This document shows positions 26,739 through 34,306 of a stretch of 40,560 nucleotides of DNA, piece by piece (positions within the stretch are counted from its first letter, which is position 1; each line of letters starts with the position of its first letter). The stretch is from IMG/VR virus record IMGVR_UViG_3300037461_000186, positions 1 to 40,560 of that record. The stretch is one strand, 5' to 3'. Source of the stretch: a virus. Lineage: Duplodnaviria > Caudoviricetes. Both the position numbers and the translations under genes were made by a program. Below the pieces are notes generated by a model that searched no databases, was not told where the DNA came from, and saw only the letters and a list, made by a program, of their open reading frames with translations.

Positions 26739-27406
26739 AACCCTACTTTGATGACGGGCAGTGCGTGATCTACCACGGGGACTGCCGGGAGATCCTGCCG
26801 GGACTGTGGGCTGATGTGGTTGTGACTGACCCGCCGTATGGAATAGGTGCTGACGTGCGGCAGGCGGCGCGAGCCAACAAACAACATGGGCGAGCGTTGG
26901 CTCCGAGCAGTGACTACGGATTTACTGCATGGGATAGCACGCCTCCTGACGCAGAGACATTCGCTGCACTGCTCCGGTGTGCTCCCTACTCAATCATCTG
27001 GGGCGGCAACTATTTTGCCCTAGCCCCATCCCGCTGCTGGTTGGTCTGGGACAAGGACAACGGAAAGAACGGATATGCGGACTGCGAACTAGCGTGGACA
27101 AACCTTGACAGAGCAGTGCGCCGGTTGCGATATCGCTGGATGGGTATGCTCCAAGAGCCGGGCGTTGAGCGAAACATCCGAGAGCATCCTACACAGAAAC
27201 CTCTAGCGGTGATGCGCTGGGCGATCCAGCAGGCACCAGCCGAGTCTGCAACCGTCCTCGACCCTTTCATGGGCAGCGGCACCACGCTCCGGGCCGCTAA
27301 GGACTTGGGCCGGCGAGCCATCGGGATCGAGATCGAGGAGCGGTATTGCGAGATCGCGGCGAAGCGGCTGGCTCAGCAGGTTCTCCCGCTGGAAATTTCT
27401 GGCTAG
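26735..27406 (+). CDS. Beta-class N6-adenine/N4-cytosine DNA methyltransferase
   Basis: IYHGDC, VVTDPPY, HPTQKP, VLDPFMGSGTT, GIEIEERYCEIAAKRL. Confidence 0.9.
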   Translation: MKPYFDDGQCVIYHGDCREILPGLWADVVVTDPPYGIGADVRQAARANKQHGRALAPSSDYGFTAWDSTPPDAETFAALLRCAPYSIIWGGNYFALAPSRCWLVWDKDNGKNGYADCELAWTNLDRAVRRLRYRWMGMLQEPGVERNIREHPTQKPLAVMRWAIQQAPAESATVLDPFMGSGTTLRAAKDLGRRAIGIEIEERYCEIAAKRLAQQVLPLEISG

Positions 27407-27411
27407 ATGGC

Positions 27412-27430
27412 TAGACATGTGTGCTACACT
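27412..27430 (+). promoter_or_regulatory. Short-spacer promoter-like motif (sense)
   Basis: TAGACA-TGTGTGC-TACACT, which also contains an extended -10 TGn. Confidence 0.45.
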
Positions 27431-27865
27431 GCCGTTGACGGCTCACGTCAGACGGACCTCCGGCTCAGTGGTTGCTGAGCAGGAGGGGCACGGCGGGGGC
27501 CACCGAGAGCAGGTCGGTGACAGACAGATCATACCACAGCCCGTCAAGCCGACAAGCCCTTGGCCGCAGTCTCTCTGCGCTGGCCGAGCGGAACCAGAAC
27601 GCGAGCGCATCAAGTCGAGGCCGTCAAGCCTCGAGCAGTCAGCACACCGCAAAGCTCTCTTCCCCTTCGGGGGTTCTCTCCCGGGCAACGGGCCGGTACT
27701 CGATCCGGCATACGCCATACGTCCCGGTCGCAAAGGCATCAGACAAGCAGAGCTGCAAGCGGACCACCTCAGACTAGTACCGAGGGGAGGTGGTGGTGTC
27801 GGCTGTCGTCCCCGCTTGGGGGGTATGCCCAAGGGAATGGCGGGAGTCCATCTGGGAGGGGGCAA
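27431..27865 (+). ncRNA. Candidate large structured RNA or RNA-primed replication origin
   Basis: At least 10 stems found by eye, including a C(UUCG)G hairpin at 27662-73 and a long-range 8-bp helix 27547-54/27797-804. No convincing ORF. Confidence 0.55.
27528..27547 (-). promoter_or_regulatory. Short-spacer promoter-like motif (antisense)
   Basis: The minus strand reads TTGACG-GGCTGTGG-TATGAT, with an extended -10 TGn. Confidence 0.5.
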
Positions 27866-28123
27866 GTGAGCATCAGGCGTGAGGACCGACCAGGCTACGC
27901 CGAGGCGATCTGGAGCGAGTTCTGCTCCCGGGCAAAGCACGAACGAATCATCAGCCCCGCCGAGTTCCGGCTGGTGGAACGCTGGATGGAGCAGGGCATT
28001 CCGCTGCCTGTTGTGTTCCGCGGCTTCGATGACTTCCGCGACCGACCCCGGCGGCTCGAGGCGATGGAGCTCCCGGTGCAGAGGGCTTACGAGTACTGGT
28101 TTCAAGCGATGGGGGGCAGATGA
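27866..28123 (+). CDS. Small DnaD/DnaB_2-like protein, putative replication or helicase-loading factor (85 aa)
   Basis: SD GGAGG; ISPAEFRLVERWMEQGIPLPVVFRGF matches the lSp.e...i..W...g...evv pattern of DnaD C-terminal domains. Confidence 0.5.
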   Translation: MSIRREDRPGYAEAIWSEFCSRAKHERIISPAEFRLVERWMEQGIPLPVVFRGFDDFRDRPRRLEAMELPVQRAYEYWFQAMGGR

Positions 28124-28187
28124 GGCTGCGGGGCCAGGCGCAGGGGTTGCCGAGCGGGACGGAAGACTACGTCGCGGAGGTGATCAT

Positions 28188-28586
28188 TTGATCAAGCGGC
28201 GCAAGCCCCTCCGACGAGGCAAGCGGACCTCGGCGCGCAAGAAGTCCCGCATGGCCCTCCGCAAGGAGTGCGACCGCCGCTTCGCCCTGGCGATCAAGGC
28301 GAGGGACGGCTGGCGCTGCGTGATGTGCGGGCGCACGCAGGGAGTGCAGTGCGCGCACCTGATCTCCCGGCGCTACCACGCAACGCGCTGGATGCTGGGC
28401 AACGCTGTCACGCTCTGCGCCTCGTGCCACCTGGGCGGGCACATGGACCCGTTGAGGTTCGAGGACTGGTGTGTGGCGCGACTGGGCGAGGCTGGGTGGG
28501 CCGAGCTCCGTGCGATCGCGAGGAGGGGGACGCCGTGGGTGGACTACGAGGCGGTGCTGAAGACGCTGCCGAAGGAGGGGGTATGA
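28188..28586 (+). CDS. NinG/Rap-like HNH endonuclease
   Basis: TTG start with SD GGAGG; RDGWRCVMCG...QCAHLISRRYHATRW..NAVTLCASCH. Confidence 0.75.
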   Translation: MIKRRKPLRRGKRTSARKKSRMALRKECDRRFALAIKARDGWRCVMCGRTQGVQCAHLISRRYHATRWMLGNAVTLCASCHLGGHMDPLRFEDWCVARLGEAGWAELRAIARRGTPWVDYEAVLKTLPKEGV

Positions 28587-28822
28587 CTGACGCTGGCCGT
28601 GCTTTGGACCGACTGACCGACGTAGCTGCCGGGCGGGGCTACGAAGGCTGGTATGTGCCCAAGGCGATACAGGCTGACGTGGCTGTGCTGCTGGCCCGCG
28701 TCCGCACGCTGGAGGAGGCGCTGGACTGGATCGCCCTTTATGCCGAGACGTATCGCAGAGGAGACTGGCAGACCGAGATTCTTGATCGTGCCAGTGCCGC
28801 CCTGCGGGGAGGTGAGAAGTGA
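28583..28822 (+). CDS. Hypothetical protein, cassette 1 of the repeat-bounded array
   Basis: Ends in ASAALRGGEK. Confidence 0.55.
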   Translation: MTDAGRALDRLTDVAAGRGYEGWYVPKAIQADVAVLLARVRTLEEALDWIALYAETYRRGDWQTEILDRASAALRGGEK

Positions 28823-29373
28823 GCAGGGCCGAGGTGGAGCGGCTGGCACACAGCAAGGGCACGTTGGTGAAGGTGCTGGAGTACGTCCATCATGTCCTGA
28901 CTGGTGGTGGCCCGGTGGAAGCCGACCTGTGCAATTCCGTGCAGCTTGCCGCCGACCGGCTCGCCGCCGAGGTGGCGCGGCTGCGGACTCGACTTCGCAA
29001 GTGTGAGGATGTCGTGAAGCGCGCCGAGACAGCCGAGGCTGAGAACGAGCGGTTGCGTGAGGAGATGAAGCCCCTGCTGGAGCTAACTGGGGTTGAGGAG
29101 AAGCTGTTGCGGCGGGCGATGTATGCCGAGGCCGACGCGGAGCGGCTTCGGGCGGCGCTGCGGGCGATGGTCGAGAGGTACGCCAAGCATTCTGGCCTGT
29201 GCGTCCCGGTCATCGACGGCAAGATGGGCGATGTGACCGAGGAGTCCTGCGTCTGCGAGCCGCTGTACAAGCAAGCCCGCGCCGCCCTGCGGGGAGGTGA
29301 GCGGGAGTCCAACGTAATCACCGAGGGGTCTACCACCTACGTCCGCAGCCTGCATCCGCGTGGGGGGAGGTGA
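28819..29373 (+). CDS. Coiled-coil hypothetical protein, cassette 2
   Basis: AEVERL repeats; ARAALRGGE. Confidence 0.6.
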   Translation: MSRAEVERLAHSKGTLVKVLEYVHHVLTGGGPVEADLCNSVQLAADRLAAEVARLRTRLRKCEDVVKRAETAEAENERLREEMKPLLELTGVEEKLLRRAMYAEADAERLRAALRAMVERYAKHSGLCVPVIDGKMGDVTEESCVCEPLYKQARAALRGGERESNVITEGSTTYVRSLHPRGGR

Positions 29374-29781
29374 GTGATGGACGCCCGCGAAATGCTGGAG
29401 AACCTGCGTGATGCGTTGGTCGAGGCACCCGTAAAACGCGAAGTCAATGTCAACAGCATTGGCTACGACGTGCTGTTTCTCTCAGCATCGCTGAGAGAGA
29501 GGCGGATCGACGCCATCCGCGAGGTGCTAGCCGAGGTGGATCGGCTGCGAGAGGACTCCCAGAACGACTACAAGGCGTTGTGGGAGGCCGAAGAGGCCCG
29601 CGCAGAGAAAGCCGAGGCCGAGGTGGAGCGCAGCCACAAGGCCATCCTCGCCCTGACTGGGGAGGTGGAGCGGCTGCGGGCCGTACAGGGCAGAGTGCTG
29701 AACCTGCTCACCCATGTCGAAGACGCTGGCGACTGGGAGGCCGTAAGGCTGGCCCGCATCTCCCTGCGTGGAGGTGAGTGA
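29374..29781 (+). CDS. Coiled-coil hypothetical protein, cassette 3
   Basis: AEVDRL and EVERL; ends in ARISLRGGE. Confidence 0.6.
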   Translation: MMDAREMLENLRDALVEAPVKREVNVNSIGYDVLFLSASLRERRIDAIREVLAEVDRLREDSQNDYKALWEAEEARAEKAEAEVERSHKAILALTGEVERLRAVQGRVLNLLTHVEDAGDWEAVRLARISLRGGE

Positions 29782-30128
29782 TGAGCATCTCATCGAAGCG
29801 GCACGCCAAGTCCTACCAGACGAAATCGGAATGGGAGCGTCGTGCCCTCGCCGCCGAGGCCGAGGTGGAGCGGCTGCGGGCTGATGAGCCCCGTTGTCCC
29901 CTGTGCGAGGCAGCGGTTACACACGACCCCGAGACATGCACGCGTGTCCACCTACAGGACCGCATGGCGAAGCTACGAGAGGCGCTGATAGCTTACGACA
30001 AGCTCTCGCTGGTAATCGAGAGTGCCGTCCGAGAGCGGCGCGACAGGGACTCCCGCGAGGAGGGGAATTACGAGCTACTGCTGCGCGTGATCTCTCAAGC
30101 CCGCGCCGCCCTGCGGGGAGGTGAGTGA
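29778..30128 (+). CDS. Coiled-coil/Zn-site hypothetical protein, cassette 4
   Basis: AEVERL; CPLC..H...C; ends in ARAALRGGE. Confidence 0.6.
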   Translation: MMSISSKRHAKSYQTKSEWERRALAAEAEVERLRADEPRCPLCEAAVTHDPETCTRVHLQDRMAKLREALIAYDKLSLVIESAVRERRDRDSREEGNYELLLRVISQARAALRGGE

Positions 30129-30457
30129 TGAGTGACCTTCGGATCAATGTGGAGGTGGACCTCATCACGAAGCTGACCCGCGAGCTAGACGATGCCCGCG
30201 CCGAGGTGGAGCGGCTGCAAGGTCTGCTGAACGAGCAGAAGCTTTTGACCGCCAGCTATGCCACCGATGTGGGAAGGCTGGAGGCCGAGGTGAAGCGGCT
30301 GCGGGGCCAACTGGACGCCTGCAACGCATCCGCAGCCGAGACTGAGCGCCAGCTTGCGGCTCTGGTCGAAGCGGGGGATCGGCTGGCCGCTGACGATGAC
30401 TATGGGATCGCCCTACTGGAGGCGTGGGCCGAGGCCAAGAGAAAGGCGGGGCTGTGA
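30125..30457 (+). CDS. Coiled-coil hypothetical protein, cassette 5
   Basis: AEVERL and AEVKRL. Confidence 0.6.
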   Translation: MMSDLRINVEVDLITKLTRELDDARAEVERLQGLLNEQKLLTASYATDVGRLEAEVKRLRGQLDACNASAAETERQLAALVEAGDRLAADDDYGIALLEAWAEAKRKAGL

Positions 30458-30645
30458 GTCCAGCCCGTGACGGCCGCAGCAAAGCCAAGCGCCGAGTCTG
30501 CCCCCGCCCCGGCTGCGGCCGAGTCTGGTACGCCCTCGACGATTCTGAGCCCGACATCTGCCCCTCCTGCCGCATCGGCGCCCCCCTCGCGGTGGTCGGC
30601 TCTTCCCGCGTCAAACCCGTTGACTCCAAGCGTATAATGCCCTGA
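30454..30645 (+). CDS. Zn-ribbon small protein
   Basis: CPRPGC...CPSC; last early gene before the late promoter-like motif. Confidence 0.5.
   Translation: MSPARDGRSKAKRRVCPRPGCGRVWYALDDSEPDICPSCRIGAPLAVVGSSRVKPVDSKRIMP
30620..30638 (+). promoter_or_regulatory. Short-spacer promoter-like motif upstream of the lysis/late block
   Basis: TTGACT-CCAAGCG-TATAAT, overlapped by the inverted repeat GTCAA-ACCCG-TTGAC. Confidence 0.6.
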
Positions 30646-30667
30646 CGCACCTTCGTGGGGAGGGTGT

Positions 30668-31222
30668 TTGGACGGGGCCGCTGGAAGCGCGACGACCGAG
30701 ACGACAGCCGAGCGCAGCGTCTTCCGTGACGCCTGCCGCTTCGTGGTCGATGCCCTCGAGGGCGGGGGCAAGCTGATCTCAGACCAGGGCGGTCGCACGC
30801 GCTGGGGGATCAGCCAACGCGCCTACCCCACGCTCGACATCGAGCACCTGACCCGTGAGCGAGCGGAGACGCTCTACCACGAGGACTTCTGGCGCCCCGT
30901 CCGCGGCTACGCCCTCCCTCCCGCGCTGAGCCTCGTGGTCTTCGACGCCGCTGTGAACCATGGCGTGACCCGCGCCGCGAAGATGCTCCAGAAGGCGCTG
31001 CGCCTAGAGGTCGTGGACGGCGTGATTGGCCCCATCACGGTCAGCGCGGCGAAGATGGCGATGCCGCAGTCGGAGCTCATCGTGCGGCTGCTCTCGGAGC
31101 GGCTGTCCGAGTACGAGTGGCTCGCACGCGCCGACCCGGCGAAGCACGGGTCCTCGCTCCTCGGCTGGCGTAACAGGCTCTTCCGGCTCGCGATGAAAGC
31201 GGGCCGCTGGCAAATGGCATGA
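30668..31222 (+). CDS. Endolysin, glycoside hydrolase family 108 with a peptidoglycan-binding tail
   Basis: EGG, DQGGRTRWGIS, LTRERAETLYHEDFW, FDAAVNHG, LQKAL..DGVIGPIT, GWRNRL. Confidence 0.88.
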   Translation: MDGAAGSATTETTAERSVFRDACRFVVDALEGGGKLISDQGGRTRWGISQRAYPTLDIEHLTRERAETLYHEDFWRPVRGYALPPALSLVVFDAAVNHGVTRAAKMLQKALRLEVVDGVIGPITVSAAKMAMPQSELIVRLLSERLSEYEWLARADPAKHGSSLLGWRNRLFRLAMKAGRWQMA

Positions 31223-31359
31223 CTCACCCGCCTGCCTCGGGGCACCCCTCCCCTGCGGGCGTATCCCCCGTGAGTCCTCCCGGTCCCCGGCGGGGGGCAA
31301 GCCCAGCCCCCGGTTTCGCTCCCCGCCGGGGAGACGTACCGCATGGAGGTCCCCACCCG

Positions 31360-32760
31360 ATGCGAGCTCTCGCTGTTGCCCTCTGCCTCGCCCTCGTCGC
31401 GGCCTGCACTCCGAAGCGTCCCCCGAAGCCGCCCGAGCCCCCGCCGCCTCCCGTCAAGGAGGCGAAGTTCCTGAACCTCCTCGTGCGCCAGGAGGCCGGC
31501 GGGACGCTAATGAAGGGTGGACAGCCGTGGAAGCCCTTCGGCTTTGTGCCCTGCTGGGACGGCGAGGAAGTCGATCACATGGGCTGGCCCGGGATCGACG
31601 ACGCCGGGATGGACTACGCCTTGCAGTACGGGGCCGACGCCTTCCACATCAGGCTGGGGCCTTTCACGCGGGACGACAAGTGGCCGAACGGTCTGAACGC
31701 CGGTAGCTCGGCCTACATCGACGACGACCCGGCCAAGGGGTTCAACCCAGCGTGGTGGGCGAAGGTCAGGCGCATCGTCGAGCGTGCGGGCCAGCGCGGA
31801 GCCGTCGTCGAGGTGGACCTGATCGACGGATGGCAGTGTCGGCACGCGACCCCGAAGGGCGACCCCGGATCGGTGCCGCACCCCTGGAGCGCGGCTGACC
31901 TCAACGCCTGCGCGAACACGCTCACGCCGACCCATCGGGACTGGCTGCGGAAGATCGTGGACGAGGTGGGCTGTTTCGGGAACGTCATCTGGCAGGACGG
32001 GAACGAGATCGGCATCAACGCCTCGTACAAGCCAGCGTGGTCCTTTGCCATCCGAGACGTGATCCGCGAGGCCGAGCAGGAGCTCGGGTGCGGAGTCGTC
32101 CACCTCTTCGGGACGAATAGCGGTCACGCGGACGTGGAGTCCGACCCGCGCATCGACTACACCGTGACTCACCAGCGTGCGGGCGTCTCGGGGCCGTACT
32201 ACGGGAAGCACCGGATGAACAACGAGCGCAACCCGCCATTCTTGCCGGATCAGGAGCACGCGCTGTGGTGCGCGGCTCGAGAGAACGGCGCCGCGACGTG
32301 GTGGTACTGGCGCGGTGGAACCCACAAGGACGAGATGAGCGACACGCTCGCGCTTTGGCAGAAGGGCTGTGAGGGGATGGGGGGCGGTGACTGCCCCTTC
32401 GAGGTCCCGGTGCCAACCGTGATCCGGGTCAAGCCTCACGGGACCGACTACTACGACGCGACGCCGCTCGTGCAGAACTTCACCTACTGCCGCAGCATCG
32501 ACTCCGACCGCTCCCTGTGCCCCGTGCGCCCCGAGGGGGACCCCTTCAGGGAGCCATGCGAGCAGTCAGCGATGGGCTCTCAGATCCAGTGGTGGCTCAC
32601 TGATGTCGAGGGCGACCTCGGGATCAAGGTCAGCCACCGCGGGTACGGCGTAACGGTGACGGGGCGTGGGAAGGCTCGGCTCCGCTGCACCTTCGCCACG
32701 GCGAACGGCGAGGACAAGTGCTCCAACGCGCAGGGCGGCGAGCTGTGGGTGAGCCGATGA
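31360..32760 (+). CDS. Lipoprotein with a clan GH-A (GH5-like) TIM barrel and a Cys-rich C-terminal domain
   Basis: SD GGAGG; signal MRALAVALCLALVAA|C; Pro linker; FNPAWWAKVRRIVERAGQRGAVVEVDL; NVIWQDGNE (acid/base); MNNE (possible nucleophile). Confidence 0.65.
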   Translation: MRALAVALCLALVAACTPKRPPKPPEPPPPPVKEAKFLNLLVRQEAGGTLMKGGQPWKPFGFVPCWDGEEVDHMGWPGIDDAGMDYALQYGADAFHIRLGPFTRDDKWPNGLNAGSSAYIDDDPAKGFNPAWWAKVRRIVERAGQRGAVVEVDLIDGWQCRHATPKGDPGSVPHPWSAADLNACANTLTPTHRDWLRKIVDEVGCFGNVIWQDGNEIGINASYKPAWSFAIRDVIREAEQELGCGVVHLFGTNSGHADVESDPRIDYTVTHQRAGVSGPYYGKHRMNNERNPPFLPDQEHALWCAARENGAATWWYWRGGTHKDEMSDTLALWQKGCEGMGGGDCPFEVPVPTVIRVKPHGTDYYDATPLVQNFTYCRSIDSDRSLCPVRPEGDPFREPCEQSAMGSQIQWWLTDVEGDLGIKVSHRGYGVTVTGRGKARLRCTFATANGEDKCSNAQGGELWVSR

Positions 32761-32984
32761 CGGACCTCGTCCGCGCCGGCTACGCCTCGAAGCGGAAGAT
32801 GACTCCGCAGGAGGCCGCTCTGGTGATCGAGATGCTCCGCGATGAAGCACGGGCCTGGGCCTCGAGGTACTCCCGGCTGTGGTGTGCGGTGGACGACTAC
32901 CTGCGCTGCCTGCCTGGGGACAAGGTGCGCTACGGGACGAGGCTCAAGCAGGTCGCGGGCAAGCGGAAGGAGTGCAGGCTGTGA
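32757..32984 (+). CDS. Hypothetical protein
   Basis: ATGA-coupled. Confidence 0.5.
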   Translation: MTDLVRAGYASKRKMTPQEAALVIEMLRDEARAWASRYSRLWCAVDDYLRCLPGDKVRYGTRLKQVAGKRKECRL

Positions 32985-33307
32985 GCACACCGATGACGGG
33001 TCGTCCCGATCTTCCGGTCGTCGTGGACACGCCAGCCCGCCTCGTGACGGTAACGAAGCAAAGCGGGGCGCCGGACGTTCGGATGTTCGACGCCTCCGCG
33101 GTCAACGCTTCGATCGACAAAGCCATGAGCACGCTGGCACCCGGCGAGAAGGTCGCGGCCATCGTGTACGTGGATCGGGACGGGGCCAACCTCGCTTTCG
33201 TCGGAAAGCTCAAGGCGCCGGTCGGACAGGCGTCATGGACGGTGGTCGGCACCAAGCGTTGGGATGGGGACTGGCAGGCCAGTGCCGCCCTGCGCTGGGC
33301 CATTTGA
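32981..33307 (+). CDS. Hypothetical beta-rich protein
   Basis: GTGA-coupled. Confidence 0.5.
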   Translation: MSTPMTGRPDLPVVVDTPARLVTVTKQSGAPDVRMFDASAVNASIDKAMSTLAPGEKVAAIVYVDRDGANLAFVGKLKAPVGQASWTVVGTKRWDGDWQASAALRWAI

Positions 33308-33317
33308 GGGAGGTCGA

Positions 33318-33623
33318 ATGGACTGGATGGAAGTCGGACTCACGGCCCTGACGGCGCTCACGCCGGTCATCACGATGATCCTCGTGTGGGGCTTCAAGCT
33401 GATCTGGAACAAGATCCCGGCGTCGATCGTGCTGGTCGCCACGCCGATCTTCGGGGCACTCGTCAACTTCGGCCTGCTCTGGATTCAGGGTCATGCCGGG
33501 TCCTTCCACCCGCTGGTCGGGGCCGCGCTCGGCGTCCTCGCCATCGCGCTGCGTGAGGTCATCACCTCGCTGCAGACGAAGGGTCTCACGGGCTCGGTGT
33601 CGCAGACGAACCGGATGCTGTAG
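33318..33623 (+). CDS. Putative holin (three transmembrane segments)
   Basis: SD GGAGG; three hydrophobic segments; lies in the lysis region. Confidence 0.55.
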   Translation: MDWMEVGLTALTALTPVITMILVWGFKLIWNKIPASIVLVATPIFGALVNFGLLWIQGHAGSFHPLVGAALGVLAIALREVITSLQTKGLTGSVSQTNRML

Positions 33624-33626
33624 CCC

Positions 33627-33950
33627 GTGCCCGCGCTTGAGCTTCGGGACGCACTCAGCGTCGTGACGGCCATCCTGACCGTGGCTGGGGTGGTCTTTGC
33701 GCTGCGGGCCAGCGTCTCGAAGCTCGAAGCGGGGCAGACGGAGATCGTCCGGCAGGTGGCTGCGCTGCACAAGCGGCTCGATCACTACGGGGACCAGATC
33801 GTGGACCTGAAGGAGAAGCACGGAAGGCTCGACGAGCGGATCAAGAGCCTGAAGGAGTCGCAGTCGTTCCGGTTCCGCACGAAGCTGGCGAGGGTCGAGG
33901 CGGCCGCTGCCGGCGAGGCGCCGATGTTCAGCGACGAGGACGAAGAATGA
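33627..33950 (+). CDS. Membrane-anchored coiled-coil protein (lysis-associated?)
   Basis: N-terminal TM segment followed by heptad repeats. Confidence 0.55.
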   Translation: MPALELRDALSVVTAILTVAGVVFALRASVSKLEAGQTEIVRQVAALHKRLDHYGDQIVDLKEKHGRLDERIKSLKESQSFRFRTKLARVEAAAAGEAPMFSDEDEE

Positions 33951-34306
33951 GTCACACATCGAACGACGACATCATGGTGGCGCTCGATGACATGCGTCGT
34001 CACATCAACGGCCGCCTCGACGACCACGAGCGTCGGATCAACTCTCTGGAGCCAGTCAAGGGCCAAGTACATCGGCTCATCGAGCACGTTGCCGAGATCG
34101 GCGGGAGACAGACGGTCATTCTCGAAAGGCTCGAAGGCATGGAGAGACTCGTCAACGACGCGTTGCGGAATGCGGCCAAGGATCTCACGGTGCAGCTCGC
34201 GGCGACGGTGCGGGCCGAGCTGCATGGGCTGCGGGACGAGATGGGTGCGCTGCGCGACGACATCCGTCAGCGGCCGTGCTTCAGAACCGGGGAGTGTGAG
34301 CGATGA
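33947..34306 (+). CDS. Coiled-coil hypothetical protein
   Basis: ATGA-coupled; ends in RPC.....C. Confidence 0.55.
   Translation: MSHTSNDDIMVALDDMRRHINGRLDDHERRINSLEPVKGQVHRLIEHVAEIGGRQTVILERLEGMERLVNDALRNAAKDLTVQLAATVRAELHGLRDEMGALRDDIRQRPCFRTGECER

Larger units (their letters stand above)
28796..30130 (+). repeat. Dispersed gene-junction repeats GCCGCCCTGCGGGGAGGTGAG(TGATG) and internal GCCGAGGTGGAGCGGCTG repeats
   Basis: Identical 30-mers at 29272-29301 and 30096-30125, a 21-mer at 28796-28816, and variants near 29361 and 29761. Confidence 0.85.

Noticed and set aside
27417-27869. ORFs 27417..27869, 27472..27777 and 27443..28105 as real genes
   Set aside because: No SD or start coupling, atypical composition and no motifs; the dense base pairing is better explained by RNA structure, although coding is not formally excluded.
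28796-30300. CRISPR array or DGR template/variable repeats
   Set aside because: The repeats are coding and irregularly spaced, there is no cas or reverse transcriptase gene, and there is no adenine-specific mismatch pattern.
31223-31350. GC-rich hairpins between the endolysin and lipoprotein genes as an ncRNA
   Set aside because: The stems are mostly C-run/G-run pairings expected at this GC content; too weak to call.
33318-33329. Holin dual-start motif (Met-Asp-Trp-Met)
   Set aside because: It lacks the basic residue between the two Met codons that defines the lambda S105/S107 mechanism.
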